Source: Sphyrna mokarran
Lineage: Eukaryota
NCBI GenBank assembly: GCA_024679065.1
Contig: JAGIQG010000009.1
Coordinates: 101,122,001 to 101,186,000, forward strand
Reading direction: 5' to 3'
Length of the DNA: 64,000 nucleotides
In this document: positions 1 through 13,010 of the stretch, one piece after another
Position numbering within the stretch: the first letter of the stretch is position 1
Layout: every line of letters starts with the position of its first letter
Notes under the pieces: model-generated
The model's input: only the letters and a program-made list of their open reading frames with translations
The model's database searches: none
Told to the model about the DNA's origin: nothing
Made by a program: the position numbers and the translations under genes

Positions 1-705
1 AATTGAACAACTGGCACATTTTCCGTTCTAACCGACAATGGAGACAGAGTGTGAAAAGTGGTAGAATTCTGGCCATAAGTTTGCAAACATATCGACAAGT
101 TTAACATGGTTCACATGATTTATGTTCAATATAAACAAAGTATCCAAAGCAAACAAGACAAGTTTAAAAATATGGTAGATCGAATAAATGCACATGATTA
201 TTACTTAGAGAAAACCAATCCTTTTTTTGTTGTTGTTTTTCTTTGAAAACTGAGGCATTATATTGACATGTCACATCACACTCATTTTCAATGTTTTGCC
301 AGGTCACCAAACTGATGCTTTAAATTATTGACGACTATACCTTTATGTCTTTCCGCACAATTCTATATTTTGCATTATTTATATTTACCACTGATCTGCA
401 CATTTTGATATGTTGCATCGCAAATAAGCTCCCCGAATTAAAAATAGCTGGCACTTACCTTCGCAGAAGTAAACACCACATGTTACTACATTTTACGGGT
501 GTGAGTAAATTCGGCTCCTGGGCACCAGTCTATGTAATTACAAGAAATTGTCTTATTCAGGGTTATGCATGATCTTTTGGGTGGAAACTATCGTCCTTAC
601 TCGGCTTGTTTGCATATGACTCCACGCTCTCACCAATGTGATTGACTCTTGATTGCCGTCAGGAATGGCTCAGCAAGCTACTCAACTGTATTGAATCACT
701 GCGAA

Positions 706-725
706 GGGAGGGGGGGGGGGGGGGG
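706..725. repeat. Poly-G tract
   Basis: gggaggggggggggggggggg run. Confidence 0.85.
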
Positions 726-1289
726 CTCGAGGGAAATAAAACTCTGTGGACCATTCAGCATCGCCCTATGCATTGGGGACCACAATGCCAAACTCAGTCA
801 AATCGGTCCTGTGAAGTGTTCCTTATTAACATATTTGCGTCTCTACCAAAGTTGGAGAAATGTCCCACAAGTTAGTCAAGAAACAACTGGATGAATTCAT
901 GCTCGGAGAAAAATACCTGTAAGATAATCCCACACCTGAAAGATAATCCCCTAGATTTCACATCAGTATTCCTAGATACGCCATGCCCCACCGGTCTACT
1001 CAATAAATAATTGAAGGGGTCAAGAACATAGCTATTAAGGGGCACATTTTCACCAATAACTTGCTCACCAAGGTGAACCAACTCCTGGCATCATTGAAAC
1101 AGCCTTGGTTCAGACATGGAACATAAAATTAAAACACCAGAGGTGAGGGGCGAGTGACTGTCCTGCACAGTCAAGGAACATATAAAAAGTATAGCATCAA
1201 AAAGCCTAAACCAACCTGGAGTCTCCAGGATTCTCCAAGACAAGAATATTTAACTGTCACTACTTGATACTCAATGAAATTGTCTTGTC

Positions 1290-1490
1290 TTCCTGTCTGT
1301 TATCATTGACCAGAAATTGAACTCGATTTGCCATATAAATTCTGTGGCTAAAATTGCAGGACACAGGCTAGGAATCCTTTTGAAAAATAGAACGTTTCTG
1401 TTTCCTCTTGACTCCAAAAAGCCAGACAACCATCTACAAATTATCAGTTAAAAGTGGAATGTAATGCGCCTCAATTGCCTGGGACTCCTG
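1290..1490 (+). mobile_element. Degenerate LINE 3' ORF fragment (common shark CR1/L2-group family)
   Basis: Motif chain aaattctgtggcta...caggctaggaatcc...ttgactccaaaaagcc...caccatctacaa. Related pieces at about 14860-15190 and 50920-51380. Confidence 0.5.
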
Positions 1491-2149
1491 GAGAATAGGA
1501 CTGCGGGTGCAAAGAAGCCTCAGAGATGGACATGGAGATTAAAAATGCTGGTCTAAACAGCAGCGCCCATATTCCATAAAATTAATAGGAATTGCAAGAT
1601 TTAAGAATCCATATGCCCCAGTGTGAAGTCAATTGATTTTGTGAAGGCATAATCAGACCTTTCTCGCATGATTCTGATATACTCCTACTTATTGTGAATC
1701 TTGTCTTGTCCGAGGTATGATGATAGCCGAGGCACAGCTTCGATTACGCATGGTTCCTGACATGAATCCGCTCATCTCGGCTGTTTTGGTATCTTACATC
1801 GGCATGTTAGATCGCGGACATTCCCTCTCACTCTCCAGCATAAACCCCTTAAAGCAGTTCAGGTCATCAAATCAGATCACTCATCATCTCATTGACTGAT
1901 GAAGCAAATTCCATTAGCTTACTTTCTGACTTTTGCTTGTGCATCTTTTGTTGTTCTGAGTTCTTGAGTCGCCAATTATTGGCAACTCAGTGGCTGTTCC
2001 GACCAGCTTCAGTTGTTAAGCTGGCATGAGGGCATCAGAGCATCAATTAGGCCAGTTCAGCTTTCAAGCTCAGAACAGAAAGTTGAGAAGATGAGGCCCT
2101 CCATCAGCACACCGATTTCGCATTTTGTGACCAAAATGCCAACGACAAC

Positions 2150-3930
2150 AATTTCCAACATTATCGAGCTTAAATTGCCTTATCCAAAGTAGGGTTTTAT
2201 CGATGAGATCGGAAATAAATTCGCATTCCATTTAATGCAAATTTCTGGAAATAAGTGGCTAACATTAGAAGTGCAAACACTGAAGCAGCTAATAAGATAA
2301 TTGAATTCAGGAAGCATGAAACATAATTCAGAATAGAGACATCGAAGAAGGTATTTGAAGGCAGATGACTATTTAAGGAAAAGAAATTGCCGAATTAACA
2401 AACCGCATATGCTGACTGAGTAGGCCTAAGAAAAATTTAAGAACAATGACAAACATAAATAATGCGCTCTTCAAAACTCAAAAGAAATTGGAAAAGAAAA
2501 AGAGAATGAATGCTTCAGGAAGAGAACATCAGAAGACAGTAGAAAATATCATTTAGCAGATCTCTGGGAATGAATCACGAATGCCACCACACAGTCTGGG
2601 ACTAATAATGAAGTTTGATTAAAACAAAAGCAGGGATAAACATGTCGATTGACACGGTCAGCCGTTTGAAAGTTAATTGATCGTCCTGAGCATAATAACT
2701 GCCTTCTGTTGATGTTGTTTGAATTGAAACACACCTTTCCAAAAAAAAACAAATATTGTGCAGCTCCAAAGCCTGAAAAAAGCAAATGCCATTCGAATTG
2801 ACTGTGAAGCGAAGTTACTGCCAGAAAATCTTACAAAAGGAATGGAATTGCACTTTTCCCCATCTTAGTCCTCTGCCGAATTATGATGAAGCAGATTGAC
2901 AACATCATTGACAACATGTTTGGGAAAGAACAAGTTGAGTATCTTTTCGTCATTTTGTCAAGGTAGGCCTACCTCCGAGGGAAGTCTGACAGACTTGTGC
3001 AAAGTAGTCTAGTCTGCATTTCAGAAATCAGGAAATGCAAGCCACACACAACAGAATAGCAGACGATTTCCCATAACCAATGCTGATGGAGTGGTACGGT
3101 TAGTTGAGGATACTTGCTTAACACACAGCCATCTAGCAACAACCGAGGAGCTAGTAAGGAGATCAAGGTTCAGTTGCATGCAAAAGACTCCGAAAAATCT
3201 GGAAATCCTGGAACATAGTCCCAAGAACAAAATCAGATGGTACAACAGAAATCGGAATTCAGCTCTGCTCCATTGTTGGTGGTAAAACCTGATAAACTTT
3301 TTATCGGGGTTGGTGAAGTCTAGAGGTATATTTTGCAATATTTTCTTCCATAAAATCTGTAAAGCTATAACAAATTTTCAAATTCGGCATGTTCAAGATC
3401 AATGGTTCATTTTATAGAGTTAGACTCGTGATTAAGAAGCCGAGAATTAAACTGGTCAGAACGCTTGCTAAGAATGGCCCAAGGACAAATTGTGAATATT
3501 GCTCAAAAATGGATAGCATTATGAAAGCGTAAACGCGACAGGCCAAAAGTAATATACTTCAAGACTGTGCTGGCAGAAAGGGAAAAGATTAACTTCATAT
3601 GTGGCAAAGCACAAGCCAGACTAGAAAACCAAACGTGCATTATTACGTCTAGAAGTCACATCTGGACTGCGATAACCCCTCAGAATACTAACTTATCCTG
3701 GTTGAGGGGGGAACATCTGTCTGAAGCAAATTACGTTTTCTTAGAGATGAATGGTTCTGGTCAGCTAATATCGATTGGGATGTCTTCTCCATCGACTACT
3801 TATGTGGTGGAAAAGGACAGTCGGCCTTTCAAACAATTCTAGTTACATTATTATTGAATTTGCTTATTTTCACACGAATTATTTTGGAAAATTCGATATA
3901 AATAATGTTTGCTGGAGAGGTCGACTTCCC
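2150..3930 (+). mobile_element. Heavily decayed Gypsy/Ty3 LTR-retrotransposon internal region (gag-pol remnant)
   Basis: At about 3250 the sequence reads SEFSSAPLLVVKPD (compare RT SPWSSPIVLVPKPD). Later remnants resemble GLVIN and NVVADALSR. No intact frame. Confidence 0.55.
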
Positions 3931-6101
3931 TGGAATAAACCTGGTTTTGATAATATAAAACAAAAGAATGTCATGCAAAATATCTTGTGTCATGATTGTG
4001 TAACTAATATGTGAATGTTTCCTGTCATAGTAGAAAACAATGTAGGGAAGGTAGTAGCAGATGGTGTGCGGGTATGGGAAGAGATCTTAGAAAACAAATA
4101 TTGTCTGTTATACATTGCTGTCAGAATGATATTTACTTAAAATGCAAATTAGCCGCAGGTGCTAACGATTTATTGTTGTGCTTTTGATTCATTATTCCCG
4201 TATTTAAAGTAATTTAAGCACGGCGAATAGATAAGGTGTAGTGTTGATCATATATTTCATTCAAGTTAGCACAACATAAATTTCTTATAATGCTGTCAAG
4301 GAAGGAAAAAAAATGTCATTCTTTTTCAATTGTTTGCTTGGTAATCTCTCTTTTCACGATTTTACATACATATGCCTACGTCGTCTCCTGCAAGGAACAA
4401 AATGTGATATATTTTTCACGGTCCTTTGAATCAGGAAACTAAATAAGTGAAACGAACATGATTGCACTTTCAACAACTGCGGGAATTTCTGTAAATATAT
4501 AAACTTGCTCTTTCCCCAGGTTGCAGTGGCGTTTCTAATTCTTGAGGAAGGAAGTGCTTATGACATTTATTTTAAACACGATAAATGATAGACGTAGGTA
4601 CGCAAAGATAAAAGGCAAACTGTGAACTCCCAGTTGAAGGCCAAACAAAGCAAAATTATTTGGTACCACAATATGTAAGGTGCATTTCAAAATGAACAAG
4701 CAAGCAATCTATCTCTTAACAGCTGGATGCTCCATTCGATTTACGACAATTTTTGACAGAGAAAAAGTTACGGTTAGGAAGCTCACGGCAAACTTCAATT
4801 AGTCCTTACTACGTCCATGAATTGGAGGCGGCACAGAGTTCGGGAGATTCTTTTTTTCGGGAAAGGAGAAGAGAGACCTTATAACTTACTGAGCTGCAGA
4901 ACATAATTCCTGGACAGAATATGTTTAAGCGACGGGAAGAAAATTTCAGTATGTTTGTGGCTTTAGGGAGCAGTGGTAAAAGTATGTAAGGATACAATGC
5001 ACAATCCGTTTCTATTTATAGCATTCTATAATATAGCATTCATAGCATTATCTGGATTGCAATCATTGTTGTTTAGAGGAGGGTGCTGCGTGCACACTGG
5101 TTGCTTCTTTTTTTTGCATTACAACATTGATTGCACTTCCAAAATACATTCCACTAGCTTTGAAATTTCATAGAATTATGGAATTCTTACAGTGCAGAAG
5201 GACGCCATTCCGCCCATGAGGCTGCCATCACATCGAAATCACGAGTGATGGTATAGGCAAATTTGGCTTCATGCCAGGTGAAATAGTCGATTCATTTCTG
5301 GTAACCATGCATTGGCTGGAACCGAAAAACTTCATAGGAAATGTAAAACAAAAACAAAATGCTTCTGTGGATGCGAGACAAATGAATGTTGCGCAAGAAT
5401 GGGCTGAGGACGTTAACCTCTTCAAAACTCTTCTGCCATTCCACTGATCTTGGCTACCCCTCTGCGCAGTCGCTTCTGCCATGATACCTTACAAGTTTCT
5501 TCATACCTTTACTGCCTATAAATATCCAGAAATACATCCTAAGCATATGTTATGACGCAACCTCACCAAATTTAGATCTCGAGAATCATGGAGATATACT
5601 GTATTCTGAGTAAAAAAAAGTCCTTATTTCGGAGAAAAAATAACCTTCCTCCAACTCTGTGACTGTGTTGATAAATTGTAAAATGTGCTATCCAGGGTGA
5701 AATCTACCCTACGGTAACTTGACTGAAAATATTTCATGTTTCAAGGAGACCGTGTCTCATAGGAAATTCAGCTCAATTTCGCAGAATATTACCAAAACTC
5801 ACCCATTGAAAAAGTGTTCTGTCCCGACTTACAAGGTACAAATGTCTTTTTTTTTGTGCGTTTCACTCTCCTTCGCTCACTACCTACCAGGCCAACTTTC
5901 TGGCCACTTACATTCCCTAAATGAAATGAGTCTTCGCTATTACTCACACACGCACATCAATGGTTTGCATATGCATTGTAATATCAGCACGAGGGAATTG
6001 CCTCCGTAACAGCTGCTTACATTAGAACAGTGTCTTCGCTACTTCTTTAATGTTTCACCGTCATCACGCTGCTGAAATACTGACGAAATTAATTGCCGTC
6101 T

Positions 6102-6267
6102 GACCAAAAGCGCAATGCTCTTCGTTATTTTCTCATGTCATTCCTGTTCTGGATTTTGTAACAGCGCTACTTTTCCATCGCTGAAAGTAATTATAATAAC
6201 GTAGTAATCCTCTGTAACCATGGAAGCCGTTAATATGTTTCAGATGCAGATTACGTTTGGCTGCCAA
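6102..6267. repeat. Arm 1 (apparent source) of inverted duplication with 8252-8417
   Basis: The reverse complement of 8252-8417 aligns colinearly, e.g. ttttgtaacagcgctacttttccatcgctg and tttcagatgcagattacgtttggctgccaa. Confidence 0.92.
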
Positions 6268-6873
6268 TGAAAAACGTGTCAATTGAAAGCTATATGGCTT
6301 CTAATTTTCTCATTAGGTAAAATATGACGTTTGAGTTTAACGGATGTGCTTTCGACTGAATTGACCTTTATTAATAAGATGTGGAATAACAAAGAACTAC
6401 ATTCATTTTCAAATATTGTTCTGCGATTCTTAGCTGGCTGGCAATTGCCAGGCTTGATTGAAATTAATTTTAACTTGTTGATAAAATACGATGTTTTCCA
6501 GAGCGACGAATTGCCTAAGGGGATTGATAATGTCTCTCAGCCAGTTTTCATCTGCACACATCTAATTATGCAATACGTTCTGTCTCAGGGGATCAGCAGA
6601 GTTTCCTAAATTATTGTAGCACTATTAAGCAAGTTCTGTGCTGAGAAGTTTGCTATTTCTAGTTGTGTTTTCTGCGAAGTTTATCAACTAAATATCGTGT
6701 TTTCCTTCGCTACATCTTTTCTGTCTCGAAAACATATCATGAACAAAGAGTTAAAATCATACTAATATTAAAGCAGCTCTGATTAAAAATGTCATATTGT
6801 GATAGAATAGATGTTCTATGTTTTGAACGTGGCACTTACTCTATAACTTTCTGCTCAACCCCTGAAAACTTAC

Positions 6874-6885
6874 CTTTGGTGACAG
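6874..6885 (-). CDS. Micro-exon P (12 nt, phase 1-1); SVTK
   Basis: ttcttttattcccctggaacag|CTGTCACCAAAG|gtaagt. Consensus donor, 362 nt after exon O. Confidence 0.62.
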
Positions 6886-7247
6886 CTGTTCCAGGGGAAT
6901 AAAAGAATATTTGGTAATGCCAAAAATGACAACAATGTAAAAACAGACAATGAACAAAATTAATATGCATTTAATTGCAACGCATATGTCCAATTGACAA
7001 AATATCGCAGACGCCAAAAACTAATGGCAAATTACACTTCGTTGAAATAGCTACAATTGTAACAAATTCAGTGTATGTCAAAGGTGAGCTTGAGTAATTT
7101 CTAATGCTGCAGCAGTTATTGATGATTAGTATCAAAATGCATTTATAATTGTTTTCAAAGGTTACTAATGTTTTGCTATTATGAATGTCTTGAAATATTT
7201 AGCGCAAATTCAAAGCAAAATTACGGTATTTTGTATTTATTTCTTAC

Positions 7248-7283
7248 AGTGCATTCCCAGTTTGTTCAGAATGTTATCAATAT
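7248..7283 (-). CDS. Micro-exon O (36 nt, phase 1-1); DIDNILNKLGMH
   Basis: ctcttttatttcttcag|ATATTGATAACATTCTGAACAAACTGGGAATGCACT|gtaaga. Same size and similar start (DIDN vs EIDD) as exon G. Confidence 0.72.
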
Positions 7284-7699
7284 CTGAAGAAATAAAAGAG
7301 AAACAGAAAATTCAACTTCATTTTTCATTATTTCAAAAAATAGGTAAACATCTGTAAATTGATTCAGACAGCTACCATTCTGGTTTTGGATTAATGTTTC
7401 AGAACACAATCAATTAACGGCTATTTTGTTGGGTTACCGATGAAATGAAAATGAAATTATTATCAATGTACTGGCAATAAGCTCAAAAGCACGTACAAAA
7501 ATAATGGAACACAAATATTCGGATTTTCAGCAACCTTTACTTTATTCGCTGTATTATTGTCACCTGTAACGTAATGCACTGAAATGTGTTGTTATGGCCA
7601 TTGGGTACATGGAGAGAAGCAAATAATAGCGTATCGAAGATAATCTTGCAACTTCAGTTAAAGTGAAGAAAAAGATCGACTTTATATAATACAGGTTCA

Positions 7700-9520
7700 T
7701 TCAAAAAGCAGGAAAGATGTTGTTCTCAAATCAGTTGGTCTAATGGAAGAAGGTAGAAGACAATATGTCCAGGGAGCATGAGGTCCTTGATTAGGTTGGC
7801 TGCTTTCCAGAGGCAGTGAGAAACGTAGACCGAATCAATGAATAAGGGGCTAATCTGTGTGATGGACTGTTCTACGCTCACAATCCTTTCTCATTTCTCG
7901 TCGTCTTGGCGAGAACAAGAACCATTTCAACCTGTTATACTTCCACGTAGGATGGTTTCTATAATGCATCTGTAATAAATGGTGAGAGTCATAGTGGACA
8001 CATGGAATTTCCTTCGCCTTCTGAGAATGTCGAGATTTATTTTTTTTTAAATTATATTGCCGGAAGGAACAGGAAAGATTGCTAGTAGTTTGATCACCAA
8101 GTGACTTAAAGCTTTCGACCATTTTCACTTCCGCGTCATCGATGAAGAGAACGACATGCTCATCCCTACGTTACCTGAAATCGATGAGTATGTTTATTAT
8201 GGACTGACATTAAGGGATAGAGCATTGCACGTTTTCCCCAAATTGTCTAGCGTTGGCAGCCAAACGTAATCTGCATCTGAAATATATTAACGGCTTTCGT
8301 GGTTACACAGAAGTACTACGTTATTATAATTACTTACAGCGATGGAAAAGTAGCGCTGTTACAAAATTCAGAGCAGGAATGATGCGAAAAAATAGTGGAC
8401 AACATTGTGATTTTGGTTAGAGCATTGCACGTTTTCCCCAAATTGTCTAGCATTCCCCCGTACTCCATCGGGTCATTATTTGAGACCTTACCCAATGCAG
8501 CGTTGCCATCAACAAAGCTGAAGGATGAGTTAGAACACAATTTCGCCATGTAGTCGTAAGTGTTTGAGGATTATAATAAGAGGCTGAGAATGGGGGCATG
8601 TGGAGATCTGGTATTCAAGATACCAGTGAGTTAATTGTCATTGCAGACTGTGGCCTCTGGGTTCAGAAGTTGAAGACCCAGTCGCAGCTGGAGACTCAAC
8701 GGCCTTGGCCACAAAATTTGGAGATGAGTTTCTTTAGAATGATGGTGTTTTCAGGACAAAGCTGTAACTAATATGTATGGATATGGTACAATTATCCTTC
8801 CTTCAGACGTTCCATGTTGACTGTAGGGTCGGGGAGTTCGCATCTGCTCTGGATCCGTTGCAGTGTTAGCTGGAAACTCGTGGATCTTGGCGACAAGAGT
8901 AGATGTGTACTGTAATGAACCTTTCGAAACACTTCAGAATTGTAGTTCTAAGAGCCACCGTTTGATAGAAATTTGGACATGCTACCTGCGTATTCTTTCA
9001 CACAATGATGATGGCCGTCTTCGTGAAGCAAGCAAGAATTCAGATTGAAATAAGGAGCAGTTAAAAACACCTGAAACTATCCTTGACACCTGTCATGCGG
9101 AGGATCTAACTGTTCATATTAGGATCCGATCCAGGCTATCGTTTTATTGGTAACTTTCAAGAACGCCGATCTGACGTCAGCCGTTGCAACTCTGAATTTC
9201 TGTTTGACAGAGATTGTCAAGATGGATGACATCCTTTCTCTCAGTTCTTGCTCAAAAGGAGAATTGAATATGTTGAGCTCATCACCTTGTTGTTGGCTGT
9301 TATGACGTGCAGACATTGCCCCAATCGATGGGTCTTCAGGTGGCTAGACTGAAGCTCTATCTTGGTGTGGTATTGCCAGTTGCCATTTCTGATGGTTGTG
9401 CATCGATCATATCTGATTTTCTGGTTTCTGGTTACACAGTTTTCTACATACTTGCTGATGCATTCAGCTACTGTGGTGCTATCCGCATTTAGGATAATCG
9501 TTCAGTTGATGAATATTGGC
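7700..9520 (-). mobile_element. Decayed Rex1/Babar-type LINE (RT and 3' region), interrupted by a templated insertion
   Basis: Characteristic 3' motifs (gaagatgttgttctcaaatcagttggt, tgtgatggactg...ctcacaatcc) followed by a degenerate RT-like region. Confidence 0.55.
8218..8451. repeat. 166-bp inverted insertion (8252-8417) flanked by a 34-bp perfect direct repeat
   Basis: tagagcattgcacgttttccccaaattgtctagc at 8218-8251 and 8418-8451. Confidence 0.93.
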
Positions 9521-10111
9521 AACTGACTCAAAAGGCTTGTGCAGGGGTTCACCCATTACTTCTCAAAATCGCACATCTTGATCGACTCCCTGCTTCACTA
9601 CTTGCTTGTAAGCTGAAGACAGGAGCCCAGATGTGTGCTCTGGTTTGACAAAGTATGGGCAGAAATAGAGCGGTAAACATATTTGACGTTTTTGCAGCCA
9701 TGATCGAGGATGGTCGGGCGAAGAATGGAACAGGGGATGTGTTGATTATGTCTTGGTAGCACGTTGTTGTGATTAGCCTGATTGACATCAACAGTCACAG
9801 TGAACATGCCTTGGAATATTGTGCCTGATTGATACCTGTTGTGGTATGTATTTCAGTGAACACAGTATTTGCATCCACATGTGGACGATAGTAAACTGAT
9901 TTGAGAATAACAGCAAGACCCAAACATTTCTTAGGCGAAGATGGTAAGTAGCACATGCATAGTTCACGTCTTGTATGATGTCCAGCAGGACTAACTAGAC
10001 TAGCAAGGACACATTGTGCTTTTACTTATAGTTGAGATGATACGCCTGGAGAAAGGGGCAACTTTACGCTCAGGTTCTCACCCAGGTACTAAGTATTGGT
10101 ATAAAAAGGTA

Positions 10112-10388
10112 GGACCACACGTGGCACAGTGGTAATCACTGTTGCCCCTCAGCGTCAGACACAATTTCCCGTCGGGTTCTCACTTTGCCTGCATGTGTTT
10201 CCTCCGGAGGCTATGGTTTATTTTCCCAACCCAAATATGTGCTGTTCGGTTTGAGTAACCATGAAAACTCTACTTAGAGTCAGAGGGATTAGCAGTTTAA
10301 TTAGCTGGGTGAGCCGGGATGATGCCAGTGTTGTTGATGCAGGCTCGATGGGCATAAAGGCTTCTTTCTGCAATGTGTTGATTTTAAG
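10112..10388 (+). mobile_element. HE1-like tRNA-derived SINE, decayed
   Basis: gtggcacagtggt A-box head; tttcctccgg...cccaaatatgtg core; gcaggctcgatgggc CR1-like tail. Confidence 0.75.
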
Positions 10389-10525
10389 CTTGGCTGCTAG
10401 TGCACTGAACTCAAAATGTGTTTGCTATTTCAAGTTCTAATTTTTTGAGTTATAAATTAACATATTTTCAAGATGTGAACTCTAAAACTAATTTGCCAAC
10501 GTGAGTCTAGCCAACACAAATTTAC

Positions 10526-10546
10526 CTTTTTCATACAGTAATTGGC
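10526..10546 (-). CDS. Candidate micro-exon N (21 nt, phase 1-1); GQLLYEK
   Basis: gctgacctgcaatgcag|GCCAATTACTGTATGAAAAAG|gtaaat. Weak pyrimidine tract, but it occupies the slot equivalent to exon F, before a 36-nt exon. Confidence 0.45.
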
Positions 10547-10859
10547 CTGCATTGCAGGTCAGCATTCATGAACCAATGTTTGCTTTCAACTACCAATATT
10601 TTAAGCCTCTGTAATGCAATTTCATTGGTATGGTATGTTTAGGAATTTGAGTGTTTCGATGTACATATTTTCGTTTGTGAAGGAAATAAAGTAATTGCAT
10701 GGACACAATGGGATATGGAGCAAATAGACAGAAGTTTGCTTACACCATACCTAAAGGTAATTTTTAGCTGTGAGACAAACTGACAAAATTATACATTGTC
10801 GATGAATAGATATCATTTGATGATGTAACTTGATTTTCACCTTTTTCAAAAACATTGAA

Positions 10860-11500
10860 AGAAGCAAGGCCAGAGTGCAAATCAACTTCGCAAAAGCAAA
10901 ATAACATTTTAAAAAGTTATTCAGACGCTCGTCAAAGTTTTAAGACATATGACTGACAAAACTTAAAATTGACAAAGCAAATGTTTCATGGAGAAGTGAA
11001 AAAAAAAACGAAAATGGACATAAACTTGCGGAAGAGATAAGAATCTGTACAAAAAACTATTTCCGGTTACTTAGAAAGAAAAGGCTAACAAGAAGCATAA
11101 TATAATTCATTTGAAATATATGCCTGTTTTAATATAATTTTAAGCAATGTTTCTGTGCCTCCATGACACTATGACTAAACTAAATTAAGCTAGTATTCTG
11201 TAGCAATAGTTGATAGAAAGGAAAATATTTTACATTCATTCATACATTCATTCAATCTGAGCGTTGAAAAGGCAATCGCGTAGTAACTTAATATTTTAAC
11301 CTGAATGATTAACACAATAGGAGGATGTTGGTGTTTCAATCCAAGATATTTACAGGAAGTAATCATAACACAAACTCAGAAATCATAGCAAACATTTCCA
11401 AATTGCTTGAAGGATGTGAATTATACTCTGGTAGTGAATAATTGAAACTTAATATCACTACTTCAGGACAGTGGGTCCAGACATCATAAGATAATAAATT
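10860..11500 (+). mobile_element. Very old CR1 LINE ORF2 remnant
   Basis: Degenerate matches to the CR1 linker and RT start (attgaaacttaatatcactacttcaggaca, resembling ANVTPLFKK). Confidence 0.35.
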
Positions 11501-11529
11501 TAAATTGGGGAAGATATTTTCCAGCTAGA

Positions 11530-11956
11530 AATAAATGCTGGTACGAGAATTTTTGGGATATTTGAACTGAGCTGTAGAGCCTGTAGGGATTGCAAATATT
11601 TTGTGAAGAATAATTAATTTCCTGACAAGTTAACTAAATATTCTCAGCAGGGTGCTACAAACGCAAACAGGAAGCATAATGTAAGCAACTAGAAAGCAAC
11701 AGTGAAGGTTCATGCATACGATTCTGTTCGATTGGCATTTCAGCTGAAGGAAGCGGAGTTTGATTTGGTGCATGAAGACCTCAGTCATGAATATATAATA
11801 TCAACAGATTAAATTATTTCACTTTCTAGCATACTGCTGAGACTATTTAGTTCACTTGTCAGGAAATTAATTATTCTTCACAAAATATTTGCAATCCATG
11901 CAGGCTCCACAGTTCAGATCAAATGTCCCAGAAGTTCTCAGTATTAGCCCTTATTT
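11530..11956. repeat. Long inverted repeat (about 130-bp arms, about 165-bp spacer), MITE-like
   Basis: 11530-11660 matches the reverse complement of 11824-11956, with a 44-bp perfect core at 11587-11630 / 11854-11897. Confidence 0.9.
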
Positions 11957-12199
11957 ATATTTATTGATGCCTCATTGATATATAATGCAAAACAAAAGAA
12001 TTGAAATGTGCATGCAATGGCGCATGTGGCTTAATTCAAACAATTCTCTTTGTTGGTGAATGAATGCAATAATAGTACTGTCATGAACGCTCTAGAAATT
12101 GATGACAGTTTACTTGGCCTCGTTGTACGAAACCCAGTTACGGAAGATCTGCTCTCTGATTGTCTCCAGAAAATGCTGTTCTCGGAAAGAAACACTTCA

Positions 12200-13010
12200 T
12201 GAATTCGTCAATGAGGCCATCATTTCCCAAATTTCTTCCCAAATCCTTTGATCGTCTTTTTCCCCAAGAGTTCTATCTGATTTCTGCTTAAATCAGGCAA
12301 TATTTAGATCTTAACTACACTCGGTGACAGTGAATTCTACACATTAACCAGCCTCCGGCTGAAGAAATTTCGACTCAACTCAGATCTAAATGGTTTACCC
12401 CTTGTCCTCAACAATGACCGATAGTTGGGAACACTATTTCAGAACCTACATTGACTAACATATAACAATGTTAGATTTTTATAATTTCTATAACATCTTC
12501 TCTCAGCCTTCCAAACCCAGTTCATATATTATCGACAGACTGAGCCTCTCCTCATATTACCGATCCGCCATTCCAGAAATTTGTCTGGTAAACCTTACTT
12601 ATACTCCCTCCATAGCAAGGATACTTTTCCTCAGGTAAGGACACCAGCAATGCACACAATGCTGCAGGTTTGGTTTCACCAACAGCCTATAAAATTACAA
12701 CAAAACATCCCTATGCTTACACTCAAATCGTCTCGCTACGAAGGTCAATATATCATTTACCTTCCTCACTGCCTGCTGTGTACCTGCACGCTTACTTTCA
12801 GCGACTGATGCACAAGGAGTTCAAATTCACCTCTCTCAATTTACATCCATTCAAGTCATAATCTATCTTGCTATTATTGCTGCCAAGTAGATATCCTCAT
12901 TCATCCAAATTATTCTGCATCTATCATGCAAATGTCACGCCCTCAGCTTGTCCAAATCGCCGCGAAGCATATCGGCATCCTCCTCACATCTGCTTCAGCC
13001 ACGACTTTGC
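12200..13010 (-). mobile_element. Old CR1 LINE 3' fragment
   Basis: Reverse-strand CR1 motifs: gaagaaattt...ctca, cctcaggtaaggacacca, gcacacaat...caggt, tgtacctgcacgcttactttcagcgactg. Confidence 0.75.

Noticed and set aside
6874-6905. YSPGTAVTK followed by a donor, resembling an Ig/TCR J segment
   Set aside because: Lacks the F/WGxG motif and an upstream RSS; better explained as the 12-nt micro-exon P.
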